From: Tubulanus polymorphus
Taxonomy: Eukaryota; Animalia; Nemertea
Assembly: GCF_964204645.1 (NCBI RefSeq)
Contig: NC_134025.1
Span: 11,842,001-11,906,000, forward strand
Direction of reading: 5' to 3'
Length of the DNA: 64,000 nt
The stretch's first letter is position 1; each line of letters starts with the position of its first letter. Shown here in pieces: positions 52,301-64,000 of this stretch. Under the pieces are notes generated by a model. That model did not search any database. It saw only the letters and a list, made by a program, of their open reading frames with translations, and had not been told where the DNA came from. Both the position numbers and the translations under genes were made by a program.

Positions 52301-55300
52301 TGAATGTTAACTTGAATAACATTGAAGTGAGCCCAAGTTTGGAATATTTTGACTTTTCCAAAAAACATACCTCATGGGTTAGTTTCAGAAAAGTTAACTC
52401 CAATATAAGTTAACTTTATTTCTCAAAAGGACTAGGACCAAGTACTCGGTAGAAAATTGTTTATTCAAATCAGTGTATGTCTATGTATGTTATTTTGCAG
52501 CATTAATTCTGGATGAGACACGTGGGACTTTACCAGCACGTTCTAAGCATACAATTCACGGAATAGTAAAACCTCTTCGTAGAGTGTTTTACCAGTTCAC
52601 TGTTTCATATGAGCTGTTGACTCCAGAAGGTACGTATAATGTAATAAACCATCAAGGAATTAGTCGCGGATTCTGAGAATCGAATATCTGTCACCTTCAG
52701 AATTCCTCCAAATTCTTTATACGTTGTTATTTTTCTAGCTGATGAGAAGATTAGTTCTGAGCATCACCATTTATGCCACATTCTTGCAACCGGTGTCTTT
52801 CCGTTTTTGACGGTGACAGATGCTCGCTGTGCAGGAAGTGCCATCGGAATCAGTAAGAAGCAACTATGGAACTTATTCAACGTTGACAAGTAAGTATAAG
52901 TTCTTTGGGCTGGTGAAGAAAGATGATACAAAGGATGGATTGAGAAGATTAGAATCCCACACTGAGATTCACTTGGAAACCACTATGTAAATTCCACTCT
53001 GATTCTATTGAAATTTGAAACAATCTTTAGAAAATCTAAATGAAATTCTATTTGCAACCATAGAATTTTGTTTTTCATCCAGTTTGAACGTATGTCTTGA
53101 TGCTGATCCTAATCCAATGGAGTTGATGTATTCTGCCATTACAAGGCAAGGGTAAGTTGAATAATAAGTTGAATAAGTTATTGAGTTTATTTTCAATTTG
53201 GCCTTCCCGATTGTTGATTGCTAAAATAATTTGTGATACTGGTATAGCCTGATTATCAATAAGCCTGAGAATTTGCGTGTTAGAATTACTATTCCCTGGC
53301 ATAGTCTCTCAATTCAACTTTGAGCTTTGGGTTGGTTGGTCTTCTCATAGGCTAGGAGATTGAAAACTCAGCAGTCTTATTGAAAAAACTCTGCATCTTT
53401 TGCTTTACGATGTTTGAATCTTAATTTTCCTAAATTAATGATACTGGGATGTCCATTTAACCTCACGACAGGATGGCCCTTGATGAAGTATTGCCCTCAC
53501 ACTGAAAGCAGGCAGCAGGAACCTGCTTGTCAACAACGGGGGAAAAATGTCCTTGTGATGTACCTGGTAGTAGCATTGTTGCCTTTTGAATTTTCAGGCA
53601 TCATCGCCGTCCTGAGGTTTTCACCAGGGACATAGTCGATTTTAACTTCAGCGCGGCGCCATTACACAGCGAACCTTGTGAGGTTTTCTTGAAATTCAAA
53701 AACAACGGAGCCGTGCCGACAGAATGGGGTTTCTATTTCCCATGCGACTTACAGATGGAGTTGGAATACTGGGCAGAAACTGGTGAATATGATGCTGATG
53801 AGTTACATGAGGTATTTTACATTGTAATTAGAAGCGTATTAAACATCGAAGTTTCAGAAAAAATCATCTCAAAAGTACCATTATTCGATAGAAAGATATT
53901 TCCATTCATGTACATTATATTGCAGATGAAAGTTATGGACAATAGATTGTTTTCAATTGAACCAAAATGCGGTAAATTGGAACCAGGCGAACATACAGTT
54001 GTCAAATTTACATACAACCATAAGATGGCTGGTACGGATCGTTTACCTGTTCTACTAAAACTGGCTCGGGGCAGAGAAATAATGGTAGGTACTATGATTT
54101 TGATTTGTAGGGTAGTTAACAATTTAGGTTTACAAATAATTGTATCAAATACATTCAAAAGGTCATCTTTTTTTATTAAAAAGGTAAGCCAGAAAAAAAA
54201 ATTAACATGCAATGTACTATATACAAATTTATGTGTAGATTATCCGTCAGAGAGCTGTAGTAGATATTGAAGAAAAGCCTTATATAGCATTCATTTACGC
54301 ATTATGTATCCTGAATAACGTGGTTCTCATCATCAATTCATGTATAACAAAATCAATATGTGCCTGTACTTCTTATAGTTGAACTTCATCGGTGTGACAG
54401 TCGAACCAGATCGAAAATATTTACATTTTCCCAGTAATAAGCACACATTTGCCCCAGTACCAATAGGAGAGAAGAACAGTCCTGTGCAGGTATGTTTTCT
54501 GCTGAGTTCAGGCAGAAAAAATCATTTCAAATGCAAACTTCTGGTCAGCAGAACATTTTGATATATGATATATGCACTTATAAGCAGTAATTTTCCCTTT
54601 GTATTTAAGGTATATGAACTATATAACGGTGGTGCGTTACCAGTGCAATATGATGTTGATCAACGGCCTGAACTAGAATTAACAAGGGCTAATTTTAATC
54701 ACCCCGTATTTGAGTGTGTCAACCCGATTGGTAAGATTCTGCCTGGTCGAAGCGCTGCTATTGGATGGAAATTTTCACCGTTGGAAGCCAGGACGTATAC
54801 AGTGAGTAGAAATTGTGTGGAATTATGACTGCAAAGGATGGTGTGGGCCATAGATTTATAGCTCTATTCGTAGCATAGTACACTTATGACCTTGATAAAC
54901 CAATTGTTATTGCGAAGTTACAGCACCACTCAGTTATCCATACTACAGAAAAATTACCAGTTGTTTTGAAAAATAGCTAAAATTGGACTTGACTGCAACA
55001 CAGTTATTATTGAGATAGTTAGGATCCAATTTTACAGTTGTGCGTTATCTTAACTCACAATTGTGGAACCAAATCTAGGATAACATGTTCTGATATCATC
55101 GCAAGTTGAATCATGTTGCCAGGGCAACTAACACATATTTAGAACCTTTATGTTACCAGTTATAGCTTAATTACAGCTTCATTTTAACGTGAACGTCTGG
55201 TTCATGCTTAATTGACAAATTGTTTCCAGATGAATGTTCCAATCAGAATACACAATGGTGACTGTGCAGTGATCACATTCACTGGAATTGGTTATGACAA

Positions 55301-58300
55301 ACGTTTAATGGGTGATACTATGCCGATTGTTGACCAGACAGAATCTAATGGCGTTCCGACTACACAAACGGTTCCATTGCCTGGACAACTGGCTTTCCTG
55401 TCAGAAGAACGGATTTCATTTGGTAATCTGCCATTGTTCAGTTGTGGGAGACGTGTTATCTATCTGTCCAATAGATCACCTGACCACACCATTTCGTTCA
55501 AATGGCATGTCACTGTAGGTACTGACAAAGAGGTAAATCCTTGATCCTGTTTATCCTTAGATTTTCATCCTGAGTAAATGTGGTAAAAACGGGAGTATTT
55601 TTAATCGAATCTTTTGGCAATACTTTAGGTGGTCCGTGTGTCTCCAAACTGTGGTGTTTTGAAGCCTAGCTGTAGTCAACAAATACAAATCAAATTCCTG
55701 GCATGCACAGTTCCTTCATTTTATGACATCGATTTAGTTTGTGAGGTATGTAAGAAAAATATTTTATCGCAACCACATATTGAACCACTGGCTGAAAGTG
55801 CAAGAAGATGTGCAACGTTTTATTTGCTTCAGATCACTGATGAAACTGAAATGGATAAGTATAAAGAAAAGTTGGCAGCTTGGTTTGAGGAGAAAGAACG
55901 ACAGAAAGTTGAATTTACGATCACTGAGAATAACATCGACGCTGATATGATTCATGACCTGAATCCCGAGGTATCAATCGAAAACCATTTCCAATCCTTG
56001 ATTGAGTTTAACTTGCTTAGTGGGTAACTCTGAATATAATCACAATAAGTAAGAGTTCGAACTGCTAGATTTTGTAATTGGTGTATAGAGGCCTTTAGCA
56101 AAATCTAACGTGTTCGCTGCCCGCTATGAGTATACTCTTCAGTGCCATTACGAATATACTTGTAGCTGATTTTTTCTATTCACTCTTAGATATTTGCCCT
56201 CTTGCACACGGGAATGACCTGATTGGCTGTTAATGTTAACAAACTCTTCTACATTCTGAATGCTCATTGGCCAATTTCGAGCAAAGGCTGACTATGTAGA
56301 AGCTCCAGTACCGACCTACAAGTATACTCATAATGGCAATTGGGGGTGGCAGGGAATGTGTTAAACATTTCAGTCCATGTAAAGATCAAAGTGTATCTTA
56401 ACTAGGCAACGTTAATTGTATCTGGTTCAGTGAATTTTTTGCCGTATATAAATCTGCTGTCATAAAACAAACTGATAGGCAGCTTTTAATGTCTTAACAG
56501 AAGCGGCCACCTAGTGGAAAATTAAAGGCTCTGGAAGAAATTGAAAAGGCAGCTCTAGAGGGTAATATGCCATCGTATTCCACTTTACCACCAATTAAAC
56601 GACTCACCGATGACCAAGCTATCGCATTGGAAAAAGAGAAGAGAAAACTACAGCAGGAGTATTACCCTAAGCCAAAAGCAGCTAAACCATTTCTTCTCCA
56701 TCTCGGCGTTACTTCCAGAAGTCATGACGTTGCAGAATTTCAGAGTAACTTCCCCGATGATTATGAGAAATATCATATCGATAGGTGATTATTGTCCTTT
56801 GGAGTTGTCCAGCGAACAACCCTTTTTTCTGGGTACCAATACATTGTATTTACAATAGATCCCCAGGTATCTTATATTGAATCTAGAATCAAAAGCGAGG
56901 CGCAGTGGCCGAGTGGTTAAAGCCGCCGGTCACTGGTCTCGTCAATCCAGGGTTTATGGGTTCAAACCCTGGTGGCGACAGAGTTTCGAAGGTTCTTCTC
57001 TGGTCTCTCCCGATTGGGAAAAAGAAACATCGAACCTGCTTATAATGCCCTGTGTGGCGCTTAGCGGGTTGAGGGTGTTAAAAAAAAAAAATCAAAAGCT
57101 CTGTAGATACCCAGGCATTAGGTAATGATACACATCTGTCACCAACTGCCTCATCGAAAACTGATAAAGTAACAGTGATCCTGCCATTTGAGGATCAACA
57201 CACGGCCGATCACGTCAAGCAAACATGATATACGTAGTTAAAGTGCCTATCTTGGTGTCAACATAAGACTTACATTCTTTAGTATTAAACTCAATGCCTT
57301 TTGAAAACTGTCAATGTTTTCAATTCAATGTAATTCAGCAATTTTCAGTTCTTAGAAAATGTTAAAGCAATTTTCATTGCCTTGTAAATGAAATACTCCT
57401 AATTAAAACCATGGAACCAATCATTAAGTGGAGTCTATGTAGCTATGAACAAATTATCATTGAATTTTCAGGTGCCTAAAAGAGCACGCTCCAAAGAATG
57501 AAAGCCAGAAAAATGAAACGAGTGAAGCGACGGTGGCTTTAACGTGCAGTGAGGCTGAAGCAGATGTTATAAGTGGTGTAATGAGCAATATTCTAAGGTA
57601 CATACCTTAACTCTTACAAAGTACTTACTCTTTCATTGATGAAAATTCAATGCAAATTTCTTTCCCAATCATTTTCAGGAGTTTACTGAACGATGCCGAC
57701 TTCCACGGGACAGTCGCCGAGATACCTAATGAGCCACTGCCCTATTTCCAGCAACTCTGTAGCTCTACTAAGGATGAATACGAGTCACCTAAGCCAACGC
57801 CAGATCATTCAAAGGTACATTACATTACAGTTAACATTGACCTCTGGGGTATCATAAATACCGGAAATTTAAGCGGAATGGATTTATCTATTATGATATC
57901 TATTAATAGTTGGCGAGTCCCGAGCCTGATGTTGAACTTACACTTGATGCACAACCTGCGTTGGATGATGTGGAACCAGAATTAGCTAATATCAAGGTAA
58001 CTTAATTTTATAGTGTCCGGTTTCAAGAAACTCCTCTTGCATACATTTATGCTCGCCTTTAATAATGTGTATGTGAAATGAAAACCCATGCTAATTGAAG
58101 AATTAGATAGCATTTTAAAATCATCAACTTGAACCTCATTTTTCAGGCTGCCGATAGCGAGGATGTTGTTCCAGTAACGAGCCCTCAGCCTACAGTACTG
58201 CCGAGCCCACCTAGTTCTGCACTTCCTCCTACAGATTCTGATATAAAACGAAGCTACGAAGAGGAAGGCAAAGACCAAGAAAAGCAGGTCATCAGAAGGT

Positions 58301-58545
58301 AAATATGTGTTCAAGTATTGTGCAGGAGGTAAAATGATTAGTGGTTAAAGTATTTGTCATTTCTCCTCGATAGTTCACCAGAGTTTGTTAACTTACTCGA
58401 GATGGTCATTGAGAACACCTTATCAAATATAATGATGGAAGCGTCGAACAAAGAGTTTAATATCACTGCTAGGCCACGAATTATTGCCTTATTACCGAAA
58501 CCTGGATCAGCGTCGAGCACGGGCAGTCGTAAATCTACGAAATAG
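43303..58545 (+). CDS. CFAP65: Cilia- and flagella-associated protein 65 (CCDC108), ~1766 aa, 37 coding exons
   Basis: In-phase exons: 43303-43460, 44783-44921, 45176-45306, 46061-46175, 46646-46730, 46820-46965, 47049-47162, 47391-47499, 47582-47697, 47915-48064, 48284-48412, 48552-48620, 48714-48803, 49089-49227, 49353-49438, 49963-50089, 50466-50634, 50809-50947, 51052-51191, 51312-51555, 51769-51934, 52501-52629, 52739-52889, 53083-53151, 53598-53811, 53926-54084, 54379-54489, 54610-54801, 55230-55532, 55629-55745, 55833-55970, 56501-56784, 57472-57597, 57679-57814, 57910-57996, 58147-58298, 58374-58545 (TAG); total 5301 nt, open throughout. Motifs: [71 protein letters not shown]; repeated ASH/MSP-type beta domains. 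Confidence 0.93.
43662..44209. mobile_element. Foldback MITE with 250-bp inverted arms
   Basis: 43662-43911 is the reverse complement of 43960-44209 with only scattered mismatches; 48-bp spacer. Confidence 0.9.
44356..44644. mobile_element. piggyBac-like MITE
   Basis: TTAA-CCCTTTCAGTGC...GCACTGAAAGGG-CTAA; perfect 12-bp TIR. Confidence 0.8.
45495..45983. mobile_element. PIF/Harbinger (Tourist-like) MITE
   Basis: TTA-GGCCAAATAAAAAAAATTAGTTGTTTATCGTCC...GGACGATAAACAACTAATCTTTTTTATTTGGCC-TTA; ~33-bp TIR and TTA TSD. Confidence 0.88.
56109..56360. mobile_element. TTAA-target MITE (piggyBac-like)
   Basis: CTAA-CGTGTTCGCTGCC...GGCAGGGAATGTG-TTAA with inverted subterminal TGCCATTA.GARTATACTTGTAG. 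Confidence 0.6.
56897..57089 (+). mobile_element. Full-length tRNA-derived SINE (family B) with poly(A) tail and 10-bp TSD
   Basis: A-box TGGCCGAGTGG, B-box GGTTCAAACC and an A-rich tail. TSD AATCAAAAGC at 56887-56896 and 57090-57099. Located in a CFAP65 intron. Confidence 0.85.
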
Positions 58546-58896
58546 GTGATGAAACTGTTTATGTGGTGATAAAGTGGCAATTCTGCTGGATCAAACTCTC
58601 GTTATTAAATGGTGGTTGTATAAAATATTAAGTTAAATTTTATTTTGTTTAAAAATTCTATTATTTCTATACAGTTATGGTAAAATTGGTTAATGATTGC
58701 CGTATGCTTAAGTGAATCGTTGTACATGTACTACCATACATGGGCTGATATATACGTATCCATTGCCATTGCCGCTTCAGATTTTATGATATCAGGAGCT
58801 CTGTCCATTATGATTGTGATAAGATACTGGTTGCTATGAAACTTAAAAAATTGTATGGCAATATATATTCACATATATTTTTTGTTTAACATAATG

Positions 58897-58902
58897 AATA
58901 AA
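58897..58902 (+). terminator. Probable polyadenylation signal of CFAP65
   Basis: First AATAAA that I found after the stop codon, ~350 nt downstream. Confidence 0.5.
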
Positions 58903-60351
58903 CAATGATAAAGAATAATTGCTGCAATTTTTCATTCGTTGACTAAATATACATTTTATTCGATTGAAGCCTTGCTCTCGCGATGGCCATGTGATCTTCC
59001 ATTCCTTACATAATCACGAGCAGGAGGTCCAACTGCTTGCTTGTCGACCTTCGTTCAAATCTAGGACATGAGTGGTTTTGCTTCGCACATTGAAGTTAAT
59101 CAACTAATGTTTTTCTTTTTAAATTATACTTGTTTCCAAGCAACCAATGGGCATTGTGTATCACATTGACATTTCTTCAAAGCTTTCAATCGCCATCTGT
59201 TGTATATTGATCTGTTTTCTTGTGATGGTTGGGGTTGGTATATACCATTGTGTAGAATGAGGGTAAAAATGGACGATTTCCATTAGTTATTTTGTGTGCA
59301 TAGGTACTGAAACTGAACCTATACATGTATCGTTCTTTGTTACATGACACACAGAGCAAATGACCCATGGACATTTTCAGGAGCTAAGCTGATGTCTTAA
59401 CAAACTAGTCCGGATACGAAGAACACTCGAGGGCTAAACACTTCTCCATGCTTTTAGGGGGTATAAAATCTGTCACACTTAAGACTGGGGGGCAGAGCTG
59501 TCGGAAGGAATTTTTCGGTGGCGAGGCTTATTTCTGAAGGGGGTCCTTCCCTAGAAAAATTTTGAAAATTGAATCGCCAGAGATGCATTTTGGGGCCATT
59601 TCACGGTCTCAATCACAGAAGCATGAGAAGTCGTGAGCCAACCACCTAGTACAGAGAACAAGCTGCTATGCAGTACAGCATGCTTTTGAAAATTTTTGTT
59701 AAGGAAAAAAGTGGGGCGGCTTTGGCCGCCCCTGTGGGGACACTTCATTTTTACAAAAATCCTAGTTGTAATCCTTATCTTACAATAATGATTAAAGTTT
59801 AGCGATACATTTATTTAGGCCAAACCAGCTAAGGGTAAATGCAACTGACCCATGACCTAAGGGCCTTGCTAATCAAATATCCTTTTTTCAGTTCTTGACT
59901 TGCGTATATCATGTGGAATATTCCCGAGAAGAATAAACTTAAAAACCATGAATACATTTCTGTACAAGTTATACACATTATTATTTTCAGTATACAAGAA
60001 GCAACTACCTACACAATCGCTATAGATAGTAGTCGCTGTAGCCTCTCGCTTTACATAGTTTACCATGAGCCACTTGACTAGGCCAAGGACAAGAGAAAAA
60101 ATGCACAAAGTTCATTTCATTTCATTAAACACTCACTATGAAAAAAGAAACGAGAATATAATTTCTGTTTTCTTTTATTATTATTACAAACTGTAGTAGT
60201 ATTAAACATTACTATTGAACTTGAATCATTAATTACTTTCACATATAACACAACCTGCCAGGAGAAGGCCGATACGAGAACATACTGGAAAACAACTGAC
60301 ATTATTATGCTTTTCGAATCTTCAATGACCTTGTCAAGGCCACAACTGCAG

Positions 60352-60454
60352 GGCCCAGTTTCACAAAGCTAATTACAATTAGTTTTAATTGTTCATTGAA
60401 AATGAGAACCTTGTAATAGGTAACTAATCATAACTTTGTTTTGTAACTCAGCCC
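60352..60454. mobile_element. Harbinger-like MITE
   Basis: CAG-GGCCCAGTTTCACAAAG...TTTTGTAACTCAGCCC; central TCATTGAAAATGA shared with the 20565 and 1881 copies. Confidence 0.55.
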
Positions 60455-60958
60455 GGTTGCTGCTGCCTTACTTCGTCGGGACCAAATCAACTGGAAAAGG
60501 TTAATTGAAACAGTTCGTAACAATTAATCAACCTTCTCGACACTAATTAACAGACTTCAGGGGTTTTCAGAGTTAACACATACTAAGTATGTGCGCAGTT
60601 TTGGCAGAAATAGCAAATTACACGGTAATCCTCAGTTCTTTGGTAAATATTTGACCTCAAAGGGTCAATTCCTATGCACCTGAGTCAAAAGCAACTTTTT
60701 TCAGTTCACTGTCAGCACGATGTTATAACATTCTTATGGGATAACCAGTTCTTCACTGTACATGTTAAGGTACACATACACCCGGGTAATGATTCATAAA
60801 ATCATTACTTATGAAGCCAGTGAATTTGGATAGTACCGTGATGTCCCAACCAGCGATATTCAATAGGCTTGACTATAATAATTCAGCTTTCATTAAATCA
60901 TGGGTTCTAACTAAAATGAAGACAGTCAACCCTCAATCTACAAATGTTTTAAAACCAG

Positions 60959-61055
60959 GGGCCGGTTTAATAGACTGGTATCAACTTTAACCCGGGGGCT
61001 AACTTATCAAGTTAACCCCCTGGTTAAAGTAAATACCGGTCTATAAAACCGGCCC
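60959..61055. mobile_element. Harbinger-like hairpin MITE, CAG TSD
   Basis: CAG-GGGCCGGTTTAATAGACTGGTAT..ACTTTAACC.GGGGG...CCCCCTGGTTAAAGTAAATACCGGTCTATAAAACCGGCCC-CAG; almost fully palindromic. Confidence 0.85.
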
Positions 61056-62369
61056 CAGCATTTCAGCTAGGGTTACCATAATACAGTGTAAGAGAAGACC
61101 GAAATCATACCCATTAGTGTAAATGCCACGTGGTGCAGGGTTGGCGGGTTGACTGCTAAAAACTATTAACTCAGTTCAAACACAGCTTTCTCCTTAACGC
61201 AGCAACAGTTAATGTCATAATAAAATCAATTTACAAAAGCGAGGTCTCATTCGGTTGAATTTTTTTGAATGATCATTCTTAAGTAATCTGTACAGAAGAA
61301 AAGAATAAATAAGTTTATTACCACCAGCGATGACGAAGGCCGTTTCCAGTGGTATACGATTCTATTACACGTATTATTTACCAAGTTCACACATTGAAAT
61401 GCATTGTGGGGTTATTAGAGAGGTTGTATTTGTCGCAAATAAGGTACCAGCCCACTATCAGAACAGTCGGATTCATGTACGCAGTCCAAATAAGATCACT
61501 TTCAATCAACTCTTTATCTGAAACGCACAGTAGTGTTGCCGGTACCCTATTAACAAAATTGCTCGTAAAAGAAAACATTTCTAACACTGGAGACAGCCTA
61601 CTATCAGTCAACTAAGAATGACCACCTTCAATGGGAATAATTTTTTTAAGCCCATCGCCAAATAGTCGAATGAATTATCAATCAATCAATCTAGACAATA
61701 AAGAATGACAATAGGAAAGTAATAAAATATGCAACCAAAAAGAATTAAGAATTTTGGGACATTTCAGCATTGCGATAGGAATAAATGCTCCAAAGACAGT
61801 TAAACTGTTGCTTTGGCGGTCCACCACCTAAATTCGGCTTCGACCGGTATCACTTTTCGATAAAGAAAAAATATTAAGAAATTCGTTTTTCGAGATACCT
61901 GGACCGCGAGTCGACGTCATCTTAATCATTGACCGATTTTCTCCTTCGAGTCTTGTCATAAATATTTACAGAATTACACGATACGTTCGCTAAAAATGTA
62001 CACACCCCGTCGCGCGAGAGAATACTCACAAAATATTTTTCTGTATTTTTTTTTCCCTTTTAAATCTCAACGAACCGAAGAATACGTCACACAAAAACTT
62101 TCAACAAATTATATATATACATATATCTATATACACGTATATGTATAATGTTTTTAATACCGTAATAGCTTTATAAAACACTCAAACACCACCTGTGTAC
62201 GATTCATCATCACAGACCGAGAGAAAGTGTTGCAGAAAAAAAATTCCGTTTTTTTTTTTTGGTCGCACTAATTTTCTACGAATTTATCTTCTAGAAAATA
62301 CCCATTTTCACCGAGAGCTAATGACTAAGTTAATATTCAGACGCATCAGACTGGTGCATGGGAGCGCTG

Positions 62370-62525
62370 GAGCTAGTTGCACAGACGGACGACGCCTAGA
62401 TTTAAGATCGACGTACCGGTCTTGGTTCAACAGCCAATCTAACAACAACTTGTAGACCAATCTTGAGATCTAAAAGACCATTTCCGGATTAACCAGACAT
62501 AAGCGGAGACTTCGCAACTCGGCTC
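62370..62525. mobile_element. Harbinger-like MITE
   Basis: CTG-GAGCTAGTTGCA...TCGCAACTCGGCTC; resembles 16726-16863 in reverse orientation. Confidence 0.5.
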
Positions 62526-63769
62526 TACAAACAACAGCATATTTGATATGTACTGAGAAACGGACATCTGCATTCGAGAATTTAGACGCTATGCAAATGT
62601 TGAACTTATATTCTAAATACGATATTCGACTGAATCAATGGATATGCATGGTAAGTTCCGGTCGTATGAGAATTAGAATACATTTCCTTGCTACCGTCGA
62701 GATCTTGAATTCTCAATGTAGGTTGAATCGCCCTCCAATACAACACAAAAAAGGCCACTTATCGACAAATGGCATCATGGTACTATACGAGCAATCACAA
62801 AAATACATTAAAAAGCTTTTTTATTCCGTACATGCCCCACTCCAGAGTATATTGTACCACATTCAGTCGACAACAACGATCGCGGTAGTTCCCCGGGTCA
62901 CGAGAGAGGGTCAACATCGAAACAGGGCAACTTTATACACTTCTAATATTTATCATCGTGATGACCTACCGGCAGTTAATGAGACACCTCGAAATCGAGT
63001 CATCGTATTATAAGAAATAAATAACATACATTACTTTTAATCATATACAATTGAAACGTGTACCGTCAGTTATAGCAGACACATACACACTGCAATTGTT
63101 AACGTACGTTACGTATTATACAAAAATTCTGTAAAACTTTCTTTTTCAATCAATCGTCAGAAAATACTGCTTGAATATACGGGTTTAAAACCTGAATTCT
63201 ATTAGGCATTCAAACGGCATGAACACGAAACCGAACAACGAAATTGCAACACTGGATGAAAGAGCGCACTTTCATGAATTCAGCTACGTCGGCGGGTGTC
63301 AGAGAACTTTTCACATTTCAATTAATGGTGATAACACAAACTCGGGGGTCCAGAGACATCGTGCCCACTCGGGAAATGGTCTAAAATGCCCAAAAATCCC
63401 ACAATTTCATAATTCAAAGTAACGACTTTGAAACTCGCCAAAATCATTGAACATGTCATAAGCAACAATTTTGCAATTGAATGTGCTAACAAAATATGCA
63501 TAGATCCCAATGTTATTCCACTATTCAACGCTAAGTGGTGAAAACACAAAAACCAAATATAGCTGCAAAGCAGCGATAAGGGGTTTTCTGCCGTGTTGGT
63601 TTAAATGCCATAGAATTTTGCATACTAAGTCTAATTGAAATCAGTCTTCATCAGTTGATTAAATGTGGCTATTTTTTGTAGTGCAATGAAAAAGTTTTAA
63701 GAATAACAGATATGGTGCTTCCACTGTACAGTCCCCTGGTGGGAGTTTTATGAACTGATAATGTACATG

Positions 63770-64000
63770 TTTGTACCAACATACCAAGTTTTGTTATTCA
63801 TATGATAAAACCAACTGAATCAAATGTGAAAAACCAATATTTGGGACACAGATGCATCTAGGGTAGATACATCGATAAATCAAATATCAAAACCATACAT
63901 CAAAGTGCGTCGAATAGTTACCATGAAAACTAGAAGATTCTGCCTATAGACCAACAGACAGATGGATGATGGACGAAAAGTTAACACAATAGCCTGCGGG
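63770..64000 (+). mobile_element. Helentron/HINE-like repeat running off the window
   Basis: ATACCAAGTTT...CAGACAGATGGATGATGGACGAAAAGTTAACACAATAGCCTGC matches the 41651 and 42074 copies. Confidence 0.5.

Noticed and set aside
56897-56980. tRNA gene
   Set aside because: It has A/B boxes but no cloverleaf; the body, A-tail and TSD identify it as a SINE.
1-64000. CRISPR arrays, rRNA, prokaryotic operons, U12-type introns and the remaining short ORFs
   Set aside because: No repeat-spacer arrays or rRNA motifs were seen, and all assigned introns are U2-type GT-AG. The other ORFs are intronic, antisense to exons, or have no recognisable motifs.

Overview
Eukaryotic (invertebrate metazoan) genomic DNA: AT-rich, with many ~70-100 nt GT-AG introns. 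I reconstructed three genes by hand from splice sites and frame continuity. (1) The 3' part of a Na+-coupled bicarbonate transporter of the SLC4A8/A10/Ndae1 type (+ strand, 15 exons visible, 4347-15566; the 5' end lies left of the window). (2) A complete MPP7/p55-type MAGUK scaffold (- strand, 11 coding exons, 37752-23608, ~560 aa; L27-L27-PDZ-SH3-HOOK-GK). (3) A complete CFAP65/CCDC108 ciliary gene (+ strand, 37 coding exons, 43303-58545, ~1766 aa), head-to-head with the MAGUK; RFX X-box motifs occur near both 5' ends. Introns and intergenic DNA hold many non-autonomous transposons (Harbinger-, piggyBac- and hAT-like MITEs, Helentron/HINE-like ends, tRNA-related SINEs) and a ~1.15 kb perfect (AACC)n array. 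The most notable signals are an intact minimal hammerhead ribozyme inside an inverted Penelope-like remnant (26118-26163), a strand-asymmetric G-U-rich hairpin (2681-2770), candidate in-frame microexons of the SLC4 gene, and a MAGUK GK domain with substituted phosphopeptide-binding residues. All family assignments come from motif recognition; no searches were run.
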